From positions 72,071 through 136,070 of the forward strand of contig PNJU01000005.1 of the NCBI GenBank assembly GCA_013822015.1: DNA of 64,000 nt. The letters are read 5' to 3'. The translations under genes were made by a program, and so were the position numbers. The DNA is from Candidatus Puniceispirillum sp. (GTDB taxonomy: Bacteria > Pseudomonadota > Alphaproteobacteria > Caedimonadales > UBA1908). The notes below the pieces were generated by a model. That model searched no databases. It had not been told where the DNA came from and was given only the letters and a program-made list of their open reading frames with translations. Shown here piece after piece: positions 19,743-27,783 of this stretch. How positions within the stretch are numbered: the first letter of the stretch is position 1; each line of letters begins with the position of its first letter.

Positions 19743-20768
19743 TTAAAATAAAGACCATATCACCAGCAACATACTAGGCAGTGCCCGTGCGGCAATCAAG
19801 CCTGTTTTGAACTGCTTACGACGCGTGGCCAAAAGATGTCCGCGTGGGGGCTCGCCCTTTTCAAGGACGTAATAGGCGCTTGCCACGCCCAAGATGGTCA
19901 AAGTCACAATGAGGGGCATGAAGAAGGCGCACAGGATAAAGACCTCAATGCCAAGGCCCAAAATCCAAAAGGCCTTAGGCAAGTCCATGGCGCCTGTTGC
20001 CAGTAAGGTGCGCCTTGGCCACTCGGGACGCATGGGCTCGTCTCGCATGCTCACAAGGTCGGCTCCAAGCTCCGCCGACGAGGTCAGCGCCCAAAGGGCA
20101 ATCCATCCAAGCAGGGAGTGCACGCGCACAGCTGCCGCGTCAAAAATGAGAAAGGGGATCCAGTAAATGAGGCTCGTAAAAAAGGCGAAAGGCGAGAAAA
20201 AGTCCTGCCACGAGACGGGGGCTTTGTGTTCTTTAAAGAGCCGCACGTCATGGTTGATTTTAAAAAGCTCTTCCACCACGTCCTCGGGAGTTTCCACCGC
20301 CAGGGCCGTGTGGGCCTTCTCCCACACGGGCAGATCTTGAACCGCGTTGCCCGCATAGTCAAAGCCCTTTTCCCCGTAACGGTCCACAAGGGCTTTGGCC
20401 TTGGCATGGGAGCGCAAGTTTGTTGCGCCGTCGCTGGCCATCACGTCTTCAAAAAGACCTATATGGGCGGCAATTTGTCGGGCAGGGGCCGCGTCCGAGG
20501 CAGTGACAAGGATGAGGGTGCGCCCGCTTGCGTGCTCGCCTTTTAAAAAGGTCAAAAAGTCTTGGTGATAGGGCAGGTGGGCGGGGTTTAGTGTCACGTG
20601 ATCCGCCACCATGCGCTTCAAATACGCGCGCCCTTGGAAGAACCACAGGGCAATTTTAAAGATGTTAAGAAGGCTTTCTTTGAGAAATACCAGGAGGGAT
20701 TCCTCCAACACGTCACTGGCAATAAGGGTACCATCAAGATCAACACATAAGGGGCGATTGGTAGACAT
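19743..20768 (-). CDS. HAD-like domain fused to a shortened, degenerate UbiA-like membrane domain
   Basis: PLCVDLDGTLI, LVTAS, ASDG..NL and FDYAGN..DL match the N-terminal HAD domain of HAD-UbiA fusions; C-terminal TM region lacks the Asp-rich UbiA motif. Confidence 0.7.
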   Translation of the reverse strand: MSTNRPLCVDLDGTLIASDVLEESLLVFLKESLLNIFKIALWFFQGRAYLKRMVADHVTLNPAHLPYHQDFLTFLKGEHASGRTLILVTASDAAPARQIAAHIGLFEDVMASDGATNLRSHAKAKALVDRYGEKGFDYAGNAVQDLPVWEKAHTALAVETPEDVVEELFKINHDVRLFKEHKAPVSWQDFFSPFAFFTSLIYWIPFLIFDAAAVRVHSLLGWIALWALTSSAELGADLVSMRDEPMRPEWPRRTLLATGAMDLPKAFWILGLGIEVFILCAFFMPLIVTLTILGVASAYYVLEKGEPPRGHLLATRRKQFKTGLIAARALPSMLLVIWSLF

Positions 20769-20937
20769 GGGAACTCGTTTGCGGTTTTTACTTTCTTATG
20801 ACGACCATACACCGTGGGAAAATAGATGTCTTGTGTCTTGTGGGGGTATGAGGAGCGAACGGTTTGCGCTGTGCTTTGAGCCCATTGCGGTGTAGTCTTT
20901 CTTTTCATGTACATATGTTACGGGAAAGAGGCATCAG

Positions 20938-21945
20938 ATGGATAAGCATCAATTAGGGAATTCGGATCTTTGGGTGTCACGCCTTGGTCTTGGGTGCATG
21001 GGAATGTCCTCAGGCTATGGCACCTGTGATGATGGTGAGTCTGTCCACTTCCTTAAGGGCGCCCTTGATGCGGGTGTGAACTTTCTCGACACGGCGGATC
21101 AGTACGGCATCGGCGTGAAAGGATGGGGGCATAACGAAACCTTGATCGGCAACGTCTTGGCAGGGAGTCGCCGGCAACGAGTGGTCCTTGCCACAAAATG
21201 TGGGTTTGTTGACCCAGGTCAAGGCACAGTTTTGGACGGGGCCATGGTGAACGCAACGCCAGCACACATGCGAAGCGCATGCGACGCGAGTTTACGCCGT
21301 CTCAAGACCGACGTGATCGATCTTTACTACCTCCACCGGGCGCAAAAAGATGTCCCCATTGAAGAGTCCGTCGGTGCTCTGGCAGACCTTGTGAAGGCGG
21401 GTAAGGTGCGCTTTATTGGGCTCAGTGAGGTGACCCCGGCGACCCTTCAAAGGGCACACAAGGTGCATCCCATTACTGCTTTGCAATCTGAGTATTCGCT
21501 CTTTCACCGCAAACCTGAAAAAGAGATCCTCTCCACTTGTCGTGCACTGGGCGTTGCTTTTGTGGCTTATTGTCCCTTGGGGCGCGGATTTTTAACGGGC
21601 AAATACAGGGATATTTCAGCCCTTGAGGAGGGTGATTACCGGCGTTTGTTGCCTAAATACACGGGGGATAATTACACGCAAAACATTAAAATTGTGGACG
21701 CTGTTGGGACCCTTGCCAGGCAAAAAGGGTGCACGCCCGCCCAACTTGCACTGGCCTGGCTGATGGCCCAGGGCCAGGACGTATTCTCCATACCTGGAAC
21801 ACGCTCATTGGAGAGATTAAAGGAAAATCTTGGGGCGACTCAGGTGGTCCTCACAAGGACAGAGCTGGATAAGATTGACCGGGCAATTCCCCTGGGCGCC
21901 GCCCAAGGCGAACAATATCCAGCACTGTTTGACTTTGAAGTATAG
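20938..21945 (+). CDS. Aldo/keto reductase
   Basis: LGLGCMGMS, DTADQYG, LATKCG, SLRRLKTDVIDLYYLHR, GKVRFIGLSE, QSEYSL, IPGT. Confidence 0.96.
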   Translation: MDKHQLGNSDLWVSRLGLGCMGMSSGYGTCDDGESVHFLKGALDAGVNFLDTADQYGIGVKGWGHNETLIGNVLAGSRRQRVVLATKCGFVDPGQGTVLDGAMVNATPAHMRSACDASLRRLKTDVIDLYYLHRAQKDVPIEESVGALADLVKAGKVRFIGLSEVTPATLQRAHKVHPITALQSEYSLFHRKPEKEILSTCRALGVAFVAYCPLGRGFLTGKYRDISALEEGDYRRLLPKYTGDNYTQNIKIVDAVGTLARQKGCTPAQLALAWLMAQGQDVFSIPGTRSLERLKENLGATQVVLTRTELDKIDRAIPLGAAQGEQYPALFDFEV

Positions 21946-22047
21946 CCGAACCATTATAATTTGATAATGCGTCACTCGCCGCTCGTGTATACTTATACAC
22001 GTCGCTTTCCTCGTATCCTGTTATCACATTAAACTGTTCTAGCTATA
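21941..22047. mobile_element. 107-bp palindromic MITE-like element (RPE/ERIC-like architecture)
   Basis: TATA termini; imperfect ~27-bp terminal inverted repeats (TATAGCCGAACCATTATAATTTGATAA / TTATCACATTAAACTGTTCTAGCTATA); central perfect palindrome CGTGTATA-CT-TATACACG at 21984-22001. Confidence 0.65.
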
Positions 22048-22075
22048 TAGCGCGCCTTAAGCGCATTTGGCGTCT

Positions 22076-22357
22076 TTATCTGGCCGAGCGGGGTGTGTCA
22101 ACCCCGAGGCACTTCTCGAAGCACACAAGGCTGGCGTCGCTGGCCTTGCGCATACATTCACGGTAGGCTTGTCCTGTGTCGGCGCTGTTTTGATGGAAGC
22201 GATCCTTTTGTGCTTGCCAGCACGCATCATTTTCCATGCGCAATTTGTCCGAGCATGCTTGGTCACATGCACGGCGTGTCTCGTCATCTGCGCTGGCAAA
22301 CAAACCACCTGCCCAAGCCCACCCCAAAACAAGCGCAATAGTCCATTGGCGATCCAT
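22076..22357 (-). CDS. Small secreted protein with six mirror-spaced cysteines
   Basis: ATG at 22357 after AAGGGG; signal peptide ending FASA; C-X3-C-X10-C-X21-C-X10-C-X3-C. Confidence 0.7.
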   Translation of the reverse strand: MDRQWTIALVLGWAWAGGLFASADDETRRACDQACSDKLRMENDACWQAQKDRFHQNSADTGQAYRECMRKASDASLVCFEKCLGVDTPRSAR

Positions 22358-22408
22358 GCTGCGCCCCTTATTTTTCTCAATCACATTTCTAGTGAGACAC
22401 ACCACACC

Positions 22409-22423
22409 TTAACAAAAAGTTAA
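22409..22423. promoter_or_regulatory. Putative CtrA-binding site
   Basis: TTAA-CAAAAAG-TTAA (TTAA-N7-TTAA) in the divergent intergenic region before the methyltransferase array. Confidence 0.5.
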
Positions 22424-22444
22424 AAGACAATAAGCATCTTATTT

Positions 22445-22526
22445 TTTGACAAAATATTTGACAAGAGGGGCTAGGCAGCTATCCTGGTCCCCAGGATTGA
22501 CAGCGGGATCAGTTATATTTTGAAAA
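22445..22526 (+). repeat. Promoter/leader repeat copy 1 (sigma70-like: TTGACA 22458-22463, N16, TATCCT)
   Basis: Ungapped 70/82 match to 23834-23915, with a 26-bp identical core TTTGACAAAATATTTGACAAGAGGGG; ends at a TTG start codon. Confidence 0.85.
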
Positions 22527-23737
22527 TGCACGTTTTATCTTTGGTTTCATGCTCTCTTCTTTGTCTATTGTCCAGTGTGCAAGTTGAGCTTTACGCCTCA
22601 CCCTTTGATCCCCAAGACCCTCACGCAATAGCCCACGCGATGAGAGCGAAAGCCGACATGGAGCGGACCATATCTCCTTGGGTTGATCCACGTGTTGTCG
22701 GTGAGGTGGAGACAATTGCGCTTGCCATAAAGTGTTTGAGTGAGCCGCCTTGTGTGATGATTCCACAGATCCGCCTGGGTGATCTCGAAAGTCTTGACCC
22801 AGGCAATAGTTTTGGTCAGATGGATGGCCCTCTCCTTGATGCCCTTACATGTGTGCGCAACACTTACGAGCAAAGGCGCGCACAGGCCCTCGCGTGTGAT
22901 CCGGCCCTAAAAGGCGCTGAACTGGATAAACTTTGCCGTGTCAGAATCATGGACTTGGGTGCTGGGCACGGTTTTGCAACGTGGAAGTTTGTTGTAGCCG
23001 GCGCGCGCGTTACTGTGGTTGAGCCCCAGAAATCACTCATGAGTACAACCACAAACTTCCCTTGGAAAAACCTTGATAAAGCGGTGTCGTTTTTGCCGGA
23101 AGGAGTTTCTAAAAAAGATGTGGCAGATTTTGTCAGCCTGACGGCCGTGCAGGTCCTTGGGAAGGCGCATTATCAAAATACCTTCGATGGTGTTTACGCC
23201 GCCCATGTCTTGCACTGTATGTCCCCCCGTGAGGCACTTACGTGCACAGAGCTTCTGCCTGGTGTTTTGAAGGATGACGGAATCATTTGGGCGCGCGTTT
23301 TGGGCGGCTTTCTACCCAACGGGCATGGGCGCGACGCGGCTGTCTATGTGCAACAACTTGCCCAGAAAAAGCGTTTCCCCGGGTACATGATGCGTGTTGC
23401 TACACAGGACGGTGTTCAAACAGCCCATGGCTCAATGTCCTTTACTCCCCTTGATGAGGACGGCGATTTTGCGCCAAGGACTCTTTATCGCGAGGAGGGC
23501 ACGACAAGCCGTAGGGGTCATTTTTCTTTCGATCCTCAGAGTTTCAAGACGCTTTTTGAAGGGCGTCCCTTTGAAAACGCAAGCCTCTTTTGGGAGGACA
23601 AAACGGGTCTTATCCCCATCAACGCAGATGAGATGGTTTACGCGTCGCCAGAAAAAACAGGCATCAAGTCCCTCTATTTGAAAACCACCAGAATGAAGAG
23701 GCCACCGCAAAATCAGCCAAATGACGCGTCAAAATAG
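22520..23737 (+). CDS. Signal-peptide-bearing class I SAM-dependent methyltransferase-like protein, subfamily A (copy 1/7)
   Basis: Hydrophobic N-terminus ending ELYA; motif I RIMDLGAGHG; VTVVE; FDGVYA; LHCMSP; RFPGYM. Confidence 0.8.
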   Translation: MKMHVLSLVSCSLLCLLSSVQVELYASPFDPQDPHAIAHAMRAKADMERTISPWVDPRVVGEVETIALAIKCLSEPPCVMIPQIRLGDLESLDPGNSFGQMDGPLLDALTCVRNTYEQRRAQALACDPALKGAELDKLCRVRIMDLGAGHGFATWKFVVAGARVTVVEPQKSLMSTTTNFPWKNLDKAVSFLPEGVSKKDVADFVSLTAVQVLGKAHYQNTFDGVYAAHVLHCMSPREALTCTELLPGVLKDDGIIWARVLGGFLPNGHGRDAAVYVQQLAQKKRFPGYMMRVATQDGVQTAHGSMSFTPLDEDGDFAPRTLYREEGTTSRRGHFSFDPQSFKTLFEGRPFENASLFWEDKTGLIPINADEMVYASPEKTGIKSLYLKTTRMKRPPQNQPNDASK

Positions 23738-23833
23738 CACGAACGGGTTCCGGAGGCTGACGATTTTCATAAACGCGTTTGTTTAGATCATAAGGGTTGG
23801 GGTATGTGAGCCTATGGAGGGTGCACGCCTGTC

Positions 23834-23915
23834 TTTGACAAAATATTTGACAAGAGGGGTTGGGCGGCTATAGTGGGCCCCATGGTTGGCAGCTGGATCG
23901 TTTATATTTTGAAAA
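23834..23915 (+). repeat. Promoter/leader repeat copy 2 (TTGACA 23847-23852, N16, TATAGT)
   Basis: 70/82 identical to 22445-22526; ends at in-frame TTG 23909. Confidence 0.85.
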
Positions 23916-25057
23916 AACAAGTTGTTATTTTGGTGTGTGTGATGTTTCAAGCAGCTTTTGCGAGCTCGCAAGAACCTGAGCCGAGGGTGAGGAGTCGGCA
24001 TCAGGATATATCCCTTCACGAGGAGTGGCTCCCTTTGTATTTAACCCAGACGCAAAAAGAAACCCTCCTAACGGATCTTCAGGCGCGCAAGGATGCGATG
24101 GCTCCTCCGGTTCAGCTTGACGGCAAAGTAAAATCTGGGGGGCGTTATTACGGAACCCTCACACCCTTTACGGTGGCTGGCATGACCCATGTGCGCTCTT
24201 TGACCGCTGGCGGCGCCGTGCCGAAGGTTTTAGATGTCGGGGCTGGGGACGGGTTTCACGCAGGCCTACTCGTGCTTGCCGGGGGACACGTGACCCTTCT
24301 GGAAAATGACACATGTCTTGTGGACACCAAGACCAATAAGAACGTGCCAGGACGCATACTGGTTAATATCCTGCGTGGGTATTTACCAGAGGGTGTGGCT
24401 GTCAAGGACCGGACGCGCATTGTTGTGGGGGACGCTTTGAAGACCCTTGCAAAGGCTGCGCACCAAGGCGCCTATGACTTTATCAATGCCGCCAATGTCC
24501 TCCACTGCATGACGCCGCGTGATGCTGAAAGCTGTGTGAGAGCCCTTTACGGCGCACTCAAGCCCGGGGGCGTTGTGCACGCGCGGGTTCATGCACTCAG
24601 TGCCATGACTGCGATCGTGGAAGGGTCTGTGCTTCATATTTATAGCCAGGAGGTGGAGAAGGGGGCACGCTTTCCCGGATGGATGTTGATCTCAACCAAG
24701 TATGACCGTGAGCACTTTGGTTTTACGCAAGTAACCCCCCTTGACGCCATGAGCGATCACTCTCCCATGGAAACGCACTATACAAAATCCTCTGACCAGG
24801 CTGACCGGCCAGATACGTTGGAAAGCAGTATGTTATGCTTTGACGTGGCGACCCTGAAGCGACTTTTTGAAGGGGCTGGATTCGTGTCACAGGCGTGCCA
24901 GTTTGAGGGGTTAGACGACAGCCTGACGCAAGTCCAAGAAGGACAAGAAACTTTTGTAAACGCTCCTCAGGATCCAGGATTTTCTTCTTATCACCCTTGT
25001 GTTCAAGATACCTTTGGAGCGGCCAATATTTGTTATGTAGCCGCCAAACCCCTGTGA
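23909..25057 (+). CDS. Signal-peptide-bearing class I methyltransferase-like protein, subfamily B (copy 2/7)
   Basis: TTG start giving MKKQVVILVCVMFQAAFA; KVLDVGAGDG; VTLLE; YDFINAANVLHCM; LKPGG; RFPGWM. Confidence 0.82.
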   Translation: MKKQVVILVCVMFQAAFASSQEPEPRVRSRHQDISLHEEWLPLYLTQTQKETLLTDLQARKDAMAPPVQLDGKVKSGGRYYGTLTPFTVAGMTHVRSLTAGGAVPKVLDVGAGDGFHAGLLVLAGGHVTLLENDTCLVDTKTNKNVPGRILVNILRGYLPEGVAVKDRTRIVVGDALKTLAKAAHQGAYDFINAANVLHCMTPRDAESCVRALYGALKPGGVVHARVHALSAMTAIVEGSVLHIYSQEVEKGARFPGWMLISTKYDREHFGFTQVTPLDAMSDHSPMETHYTKSSDQADRPDTLESSMLCFDVATLKRLFEGAGFVSQACQFEGLDDSLTQVQEGQETFVNAPQDPGFSSYHPCVQDTFGAANICYVAAKPL

Positions 25058-25082
25058 CCAGATGACGGGGAAGGAAAGAAAA

Positions 25083-26351
25083 ATGACGTTTAAGTTACTT
25101 TGCGTGGTTCTTGCTGTGCTGTGGGCTGGCAGCGCCACAGCCACTGACGCCCCAGATGCCCAGAGCTGGTTTTTGCGCGCCCTTTCAAGGTATAGCTGGA
25201 ACGAGATGGATAAGTGGGCAGACCCGCGTGTGGTGACTCACGAGAAGCTGGGGGACCTTGCCGTTGAGTGCTCAAAAGAAGATGCGCGTGTGGGTATTAC
25301 TTACGGCGTTTTAGAGGATCAAGAAAAAGGTGTTTTTCTTGATCCGGGCTATAGCTTTGGCCAGCTGGATGATCCGCTTATAGAGGTTCTGGTTTACGTG
25401 CGCCAAACCTATGAAGCAAGGCGCACGGCCCTTCTGGAAAAAGATCCAAATCTATCGGAGGGTGAGCTGGATAAAGCGTGCCGTGTTCATATTCTCGATC
25501 TTGGGGCCGGGCATGGTTTGGCCATGTGGAAGCTTGTGGTGGCGGGCGCCCATGTGACAGCCGTTGAGCCGCAACCCAGCCTTTTGGGACAAAAGGTCAA
25601 TGTGTTGTGGGAAAATCTTAAAAAGGCCGAGCCCTTTTTGCCTCAAGGTGTGAAAAAGAGTGAGGTATCGCGCTTTGTTGCCACAGACGCCGTGAAGACG
25701 CTTCTTATGCCTCGCTTTCAAAGTGCGTTTGACGGTGTGTATGCGGCGCGCTCATTGCACTACATGACGCCGATTCAGGCGAGAGCCTGTGTGCAGAAAA
25801 TGGACGGCGTTTTGAAGGAAGGGGGCAAGATTTGGGCTATTGTGCATGGCGGCTTCTTTCTTGATGCGGCTGGGCAAGATAAAGCGGTTTATGACGCTCA
25901 GCTCATGGCCCAAAAACCGTTTCCAGGCTACATGATGATGAACATGAAAACGGTGCGTAATAGTGGGACAACCACGAAGGAGGGATTTTTTCCCCTGAAT
26001 GAAAAGGACGCTTTCCCTCCAACACATCTTTACCCTGATTTTTTCAAGCCAGGAGATAAGCGCTCCGTGTCTCAAAAAACCGCGGCCATGCTTCGTTTGA
26101 TAGACAAGAAAAATATCCAACACCAACACCGCAGTGTTTTTTTGCTTGATCCAAAAAGCTTGAAGTCTCTTTTTGCGGGGACGCCCTTCGAGATTGACGG
26201 GCTTTTTTGGGACGCACCGATGGGGCTGACACCCGTCAAGGCGGACGAAGATACCTTTGATCCCTCATTACACCATGGCCCTAAGTCCCTTTATCTGAAG
26301 GCAACAAAACAAGTCAACAACGCGCAAGTGGACCCGACTGACATTGATTGA
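25083..26351 (+). CDS. Signal-peptide-bearing class I methyltransferase-like protein, subfamily A (copy 3/7)
   Basis: MTFKLLCVVLAVLWAGSATA; WADPR; [10 protein letters not shown]; [10 protein letters not shown]; FDGVYA; LKEGG; PFPGYM. Confidence 0.82.
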   Translation: MTFKLLCVVLAVLWAGSATATDAPDAQSWFLRALSRYSWNEMDKWADPRVVTHEKLGDLAVECSKEDARVGITYGVLEDQEKGVFLDPGYSFGQLDDPLIEVLVYVRQTYEARRTALLEKDPNLSEGELDKACRVHILDLGAGHGLAMWKLVVAGAHVTAVEPQPSLLGQKVNVLWENLKKAEPFLPQGVKKSEVSRFVATDAVKTLLMPRFQSAFDGVYAARSLHYMTPIQARACVQKMDGVLKEGGKIWAIVHGGFFLDAAGQDKAVYDAQLMAQKPFPGYMMMNMKTVRNSGTTTKEGFFPLNEKDAFPPTHLYPDFFKPGDKRSVSQKTAAMLRLIDKKNIQHQHRSVFLLDPKSLKSLFAGTPFEIDGLFWDAPMGLTPVKADEDTFDPSLHHGPKSLYLKATKQVNNAQVDPTDID

Positions 26352-26407
26352 CCATATCCACTGAACCCCGTATGGTGGCACCCAAACCAACGAAAGGGGA
26401 TGGGGCA

Positions 26408-27601
26408 ATGAAAAAGTGGGTATGTCTTTTTGTGTGTGCGTGGTCGTGGTGTGCCTTTGGCAGCGCCGAGGACACTGGTGAGGGCAACTTCTTGACACCT
26501 GAGAAAGCACGCGGTCGCGCGGCCCAAGCAACTTGGTTTGCGCCCCATCTGTCTCAAGAAGAAAAGGAGGAGCTTTTCTCGCTTCTTCAAAGGCGCAAAA
26601 GCTATGTGTCACCTCCTTATGACGTCTCTGGAAACCCGTGGTGCTCAGGGCGTCATGATGGCACGCTGACCCCCTTTACGGTCTCTGGCTTGATACATGT
26701 GCGCACCGTGGCGAGCGCCTGTGGCCACACGCCAAAGGTGCTGGATATAGGGTCGGGCGACGGGTACCACGCTGGGCTTTTTGCCCTGGCGGGCGCCCAC
26801 GTGACAATGCTCGAAAAGGACGCCTCTCTTTTAGAGCAAAAATCCTCTATTTTTGATCGCAACAGCAAAAACACCCTTGAGCGCACCTTGGAGGCGCTTC
26901 TGGAAGGCCGCTTGCCGGAAGGGACGGGCGTGGGCGAGGTGGCGCGCCTTATCCCCAAGGATGCCCTTGAGGTGATGGCGAGCGAGGACTTTCAAAACGC
27001 CTATGACTTTGTGAACGCCGCCAATGTCCTTGATACCATGAACCCGGCCCAAGCGACCCAGTGCGTGAAGGGCATTTACGGGTGCTTGAAGGCCGGCGGG
27101 GTTGTGCACGCGCGCGTTCACACCCTTAAGGCTGCACGGGTTAAAACGGGGCGCAGTGTGTTCGGCCTTTATTGCGAGGAGGTTGAAAAAGGGTCCGCGT
27201 TCCCTGGCTGGGTGTCGTACAGGGAAAATGACGGCTTTTACGGCGCTGGTGGGGCGTCTGGGTTTCCCATGCGTGGTCCCCAAAGTGGGTACACTTCTCT
27301 GGAGGCAGATGCGAGCGCGTCCCCCATGGAGGTGGTTGAAGATAAATCCCAGTCCACCCACGGGTTTTTTCGTATAAGGCGCCACAGCTTCTTTCTGTTT
27401 GACGTGGCCACGTTGATGAGACTCTTTAAGGGCGCCGGCTTTCAAAACGCCGCATGTTACTTCGAAATGGAGGATGGGACGCTTCAGGGTGTACAGCCCG
27501 GCCAGGAGACCTTTGTGGCGTCTGGAGAAACGGGCCGCGCACTGGGGGAAACCTATGGCGCAACGCACCTTTGCTTTGTGGCACGAAAGCCTTCTCCATA
27601 A
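26408..27601 (+). CDS. Signal-peptide-bearing class I methyltransferase-like protein, subfamily B (copy 4/7)
   Basis: MKKWVCLFVCAWSWCAFGSA; GTLTPFTV; KVLDIGSGDG; YDFVNAANVL; LKAGGVVHARVH; AFPGW. Confidence 0.82.
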   Translation: MKKWVCLFVCAWSWCAFGSAEDTGEGNFLTPEKARGRAAQATWFAPHLSQEEKEELFSLLQRRKSYVSPPYDVSGNPWCSGRHDGTLTPFTVSGLIHVRTVASACGHTPKVLDIGSGDGYHAGLFALAGAHVTMLEKDASLLEQKSSIFDRNSKNTLERTLEALLEGRLPEGTGVGEVARLIPKDALEVMASEDFQNAYDFVNAANVLDTMNPAQATQCVKGIYGCLKAGGVVHARVHTLKAARVKTGRSVFGLYCEEVEKGSAFPGWVSYRENDGFYGAGGASGFPMRGPQSGYTSLEADASASPMEVVEDKSQSTHGFFRIRRHSFFLFDVATLMRLFKGAGFQNAACYFEMEDGTLQGVQPGQETFVASGETGRALGETYGATHLCFVARKPSP

Positions 27602-27783
27602 GTATACCGTGACGTTGATGGATAATATTTATGATCTTTGTGGGGGCTTTATTGACAGCTTATAAGTAAAAATAATTGACGCGATTGTTATTTGGGTGTA
27701 GAGGTCTCCTTCAGAAACATGATTGCTTTGTGTGAATGCTTCAAATCTGAGCTTCACCCTATCTGATTTGTGAAAGTGACCAG

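Noticed and set aside
22481-22497. Hairpin ATCCTGG-TCC-CCAGGAT in leader copy 1 as a conserved RNA element
   Set aside because: The pairing is not preserved in copy 2 and there are no compensatory changes.
22445-23915. Repeated intergenic cassette interpreted as a CRISPR repeat or integron attC site
   Set aside because: There are only two full copies; they look like promoters (TTGACA/-10), lack attC core-site symmetry, and no cas gene or integrase is in the window.
26831-27568. 245-aa antisense ORF inside methyltransferase copy 4, considered as a possible antitoxin or immunity gene
   Set aside because: It is fully nested antisense, has no recognisable features, and is not kept at similar length in the sister paralog.
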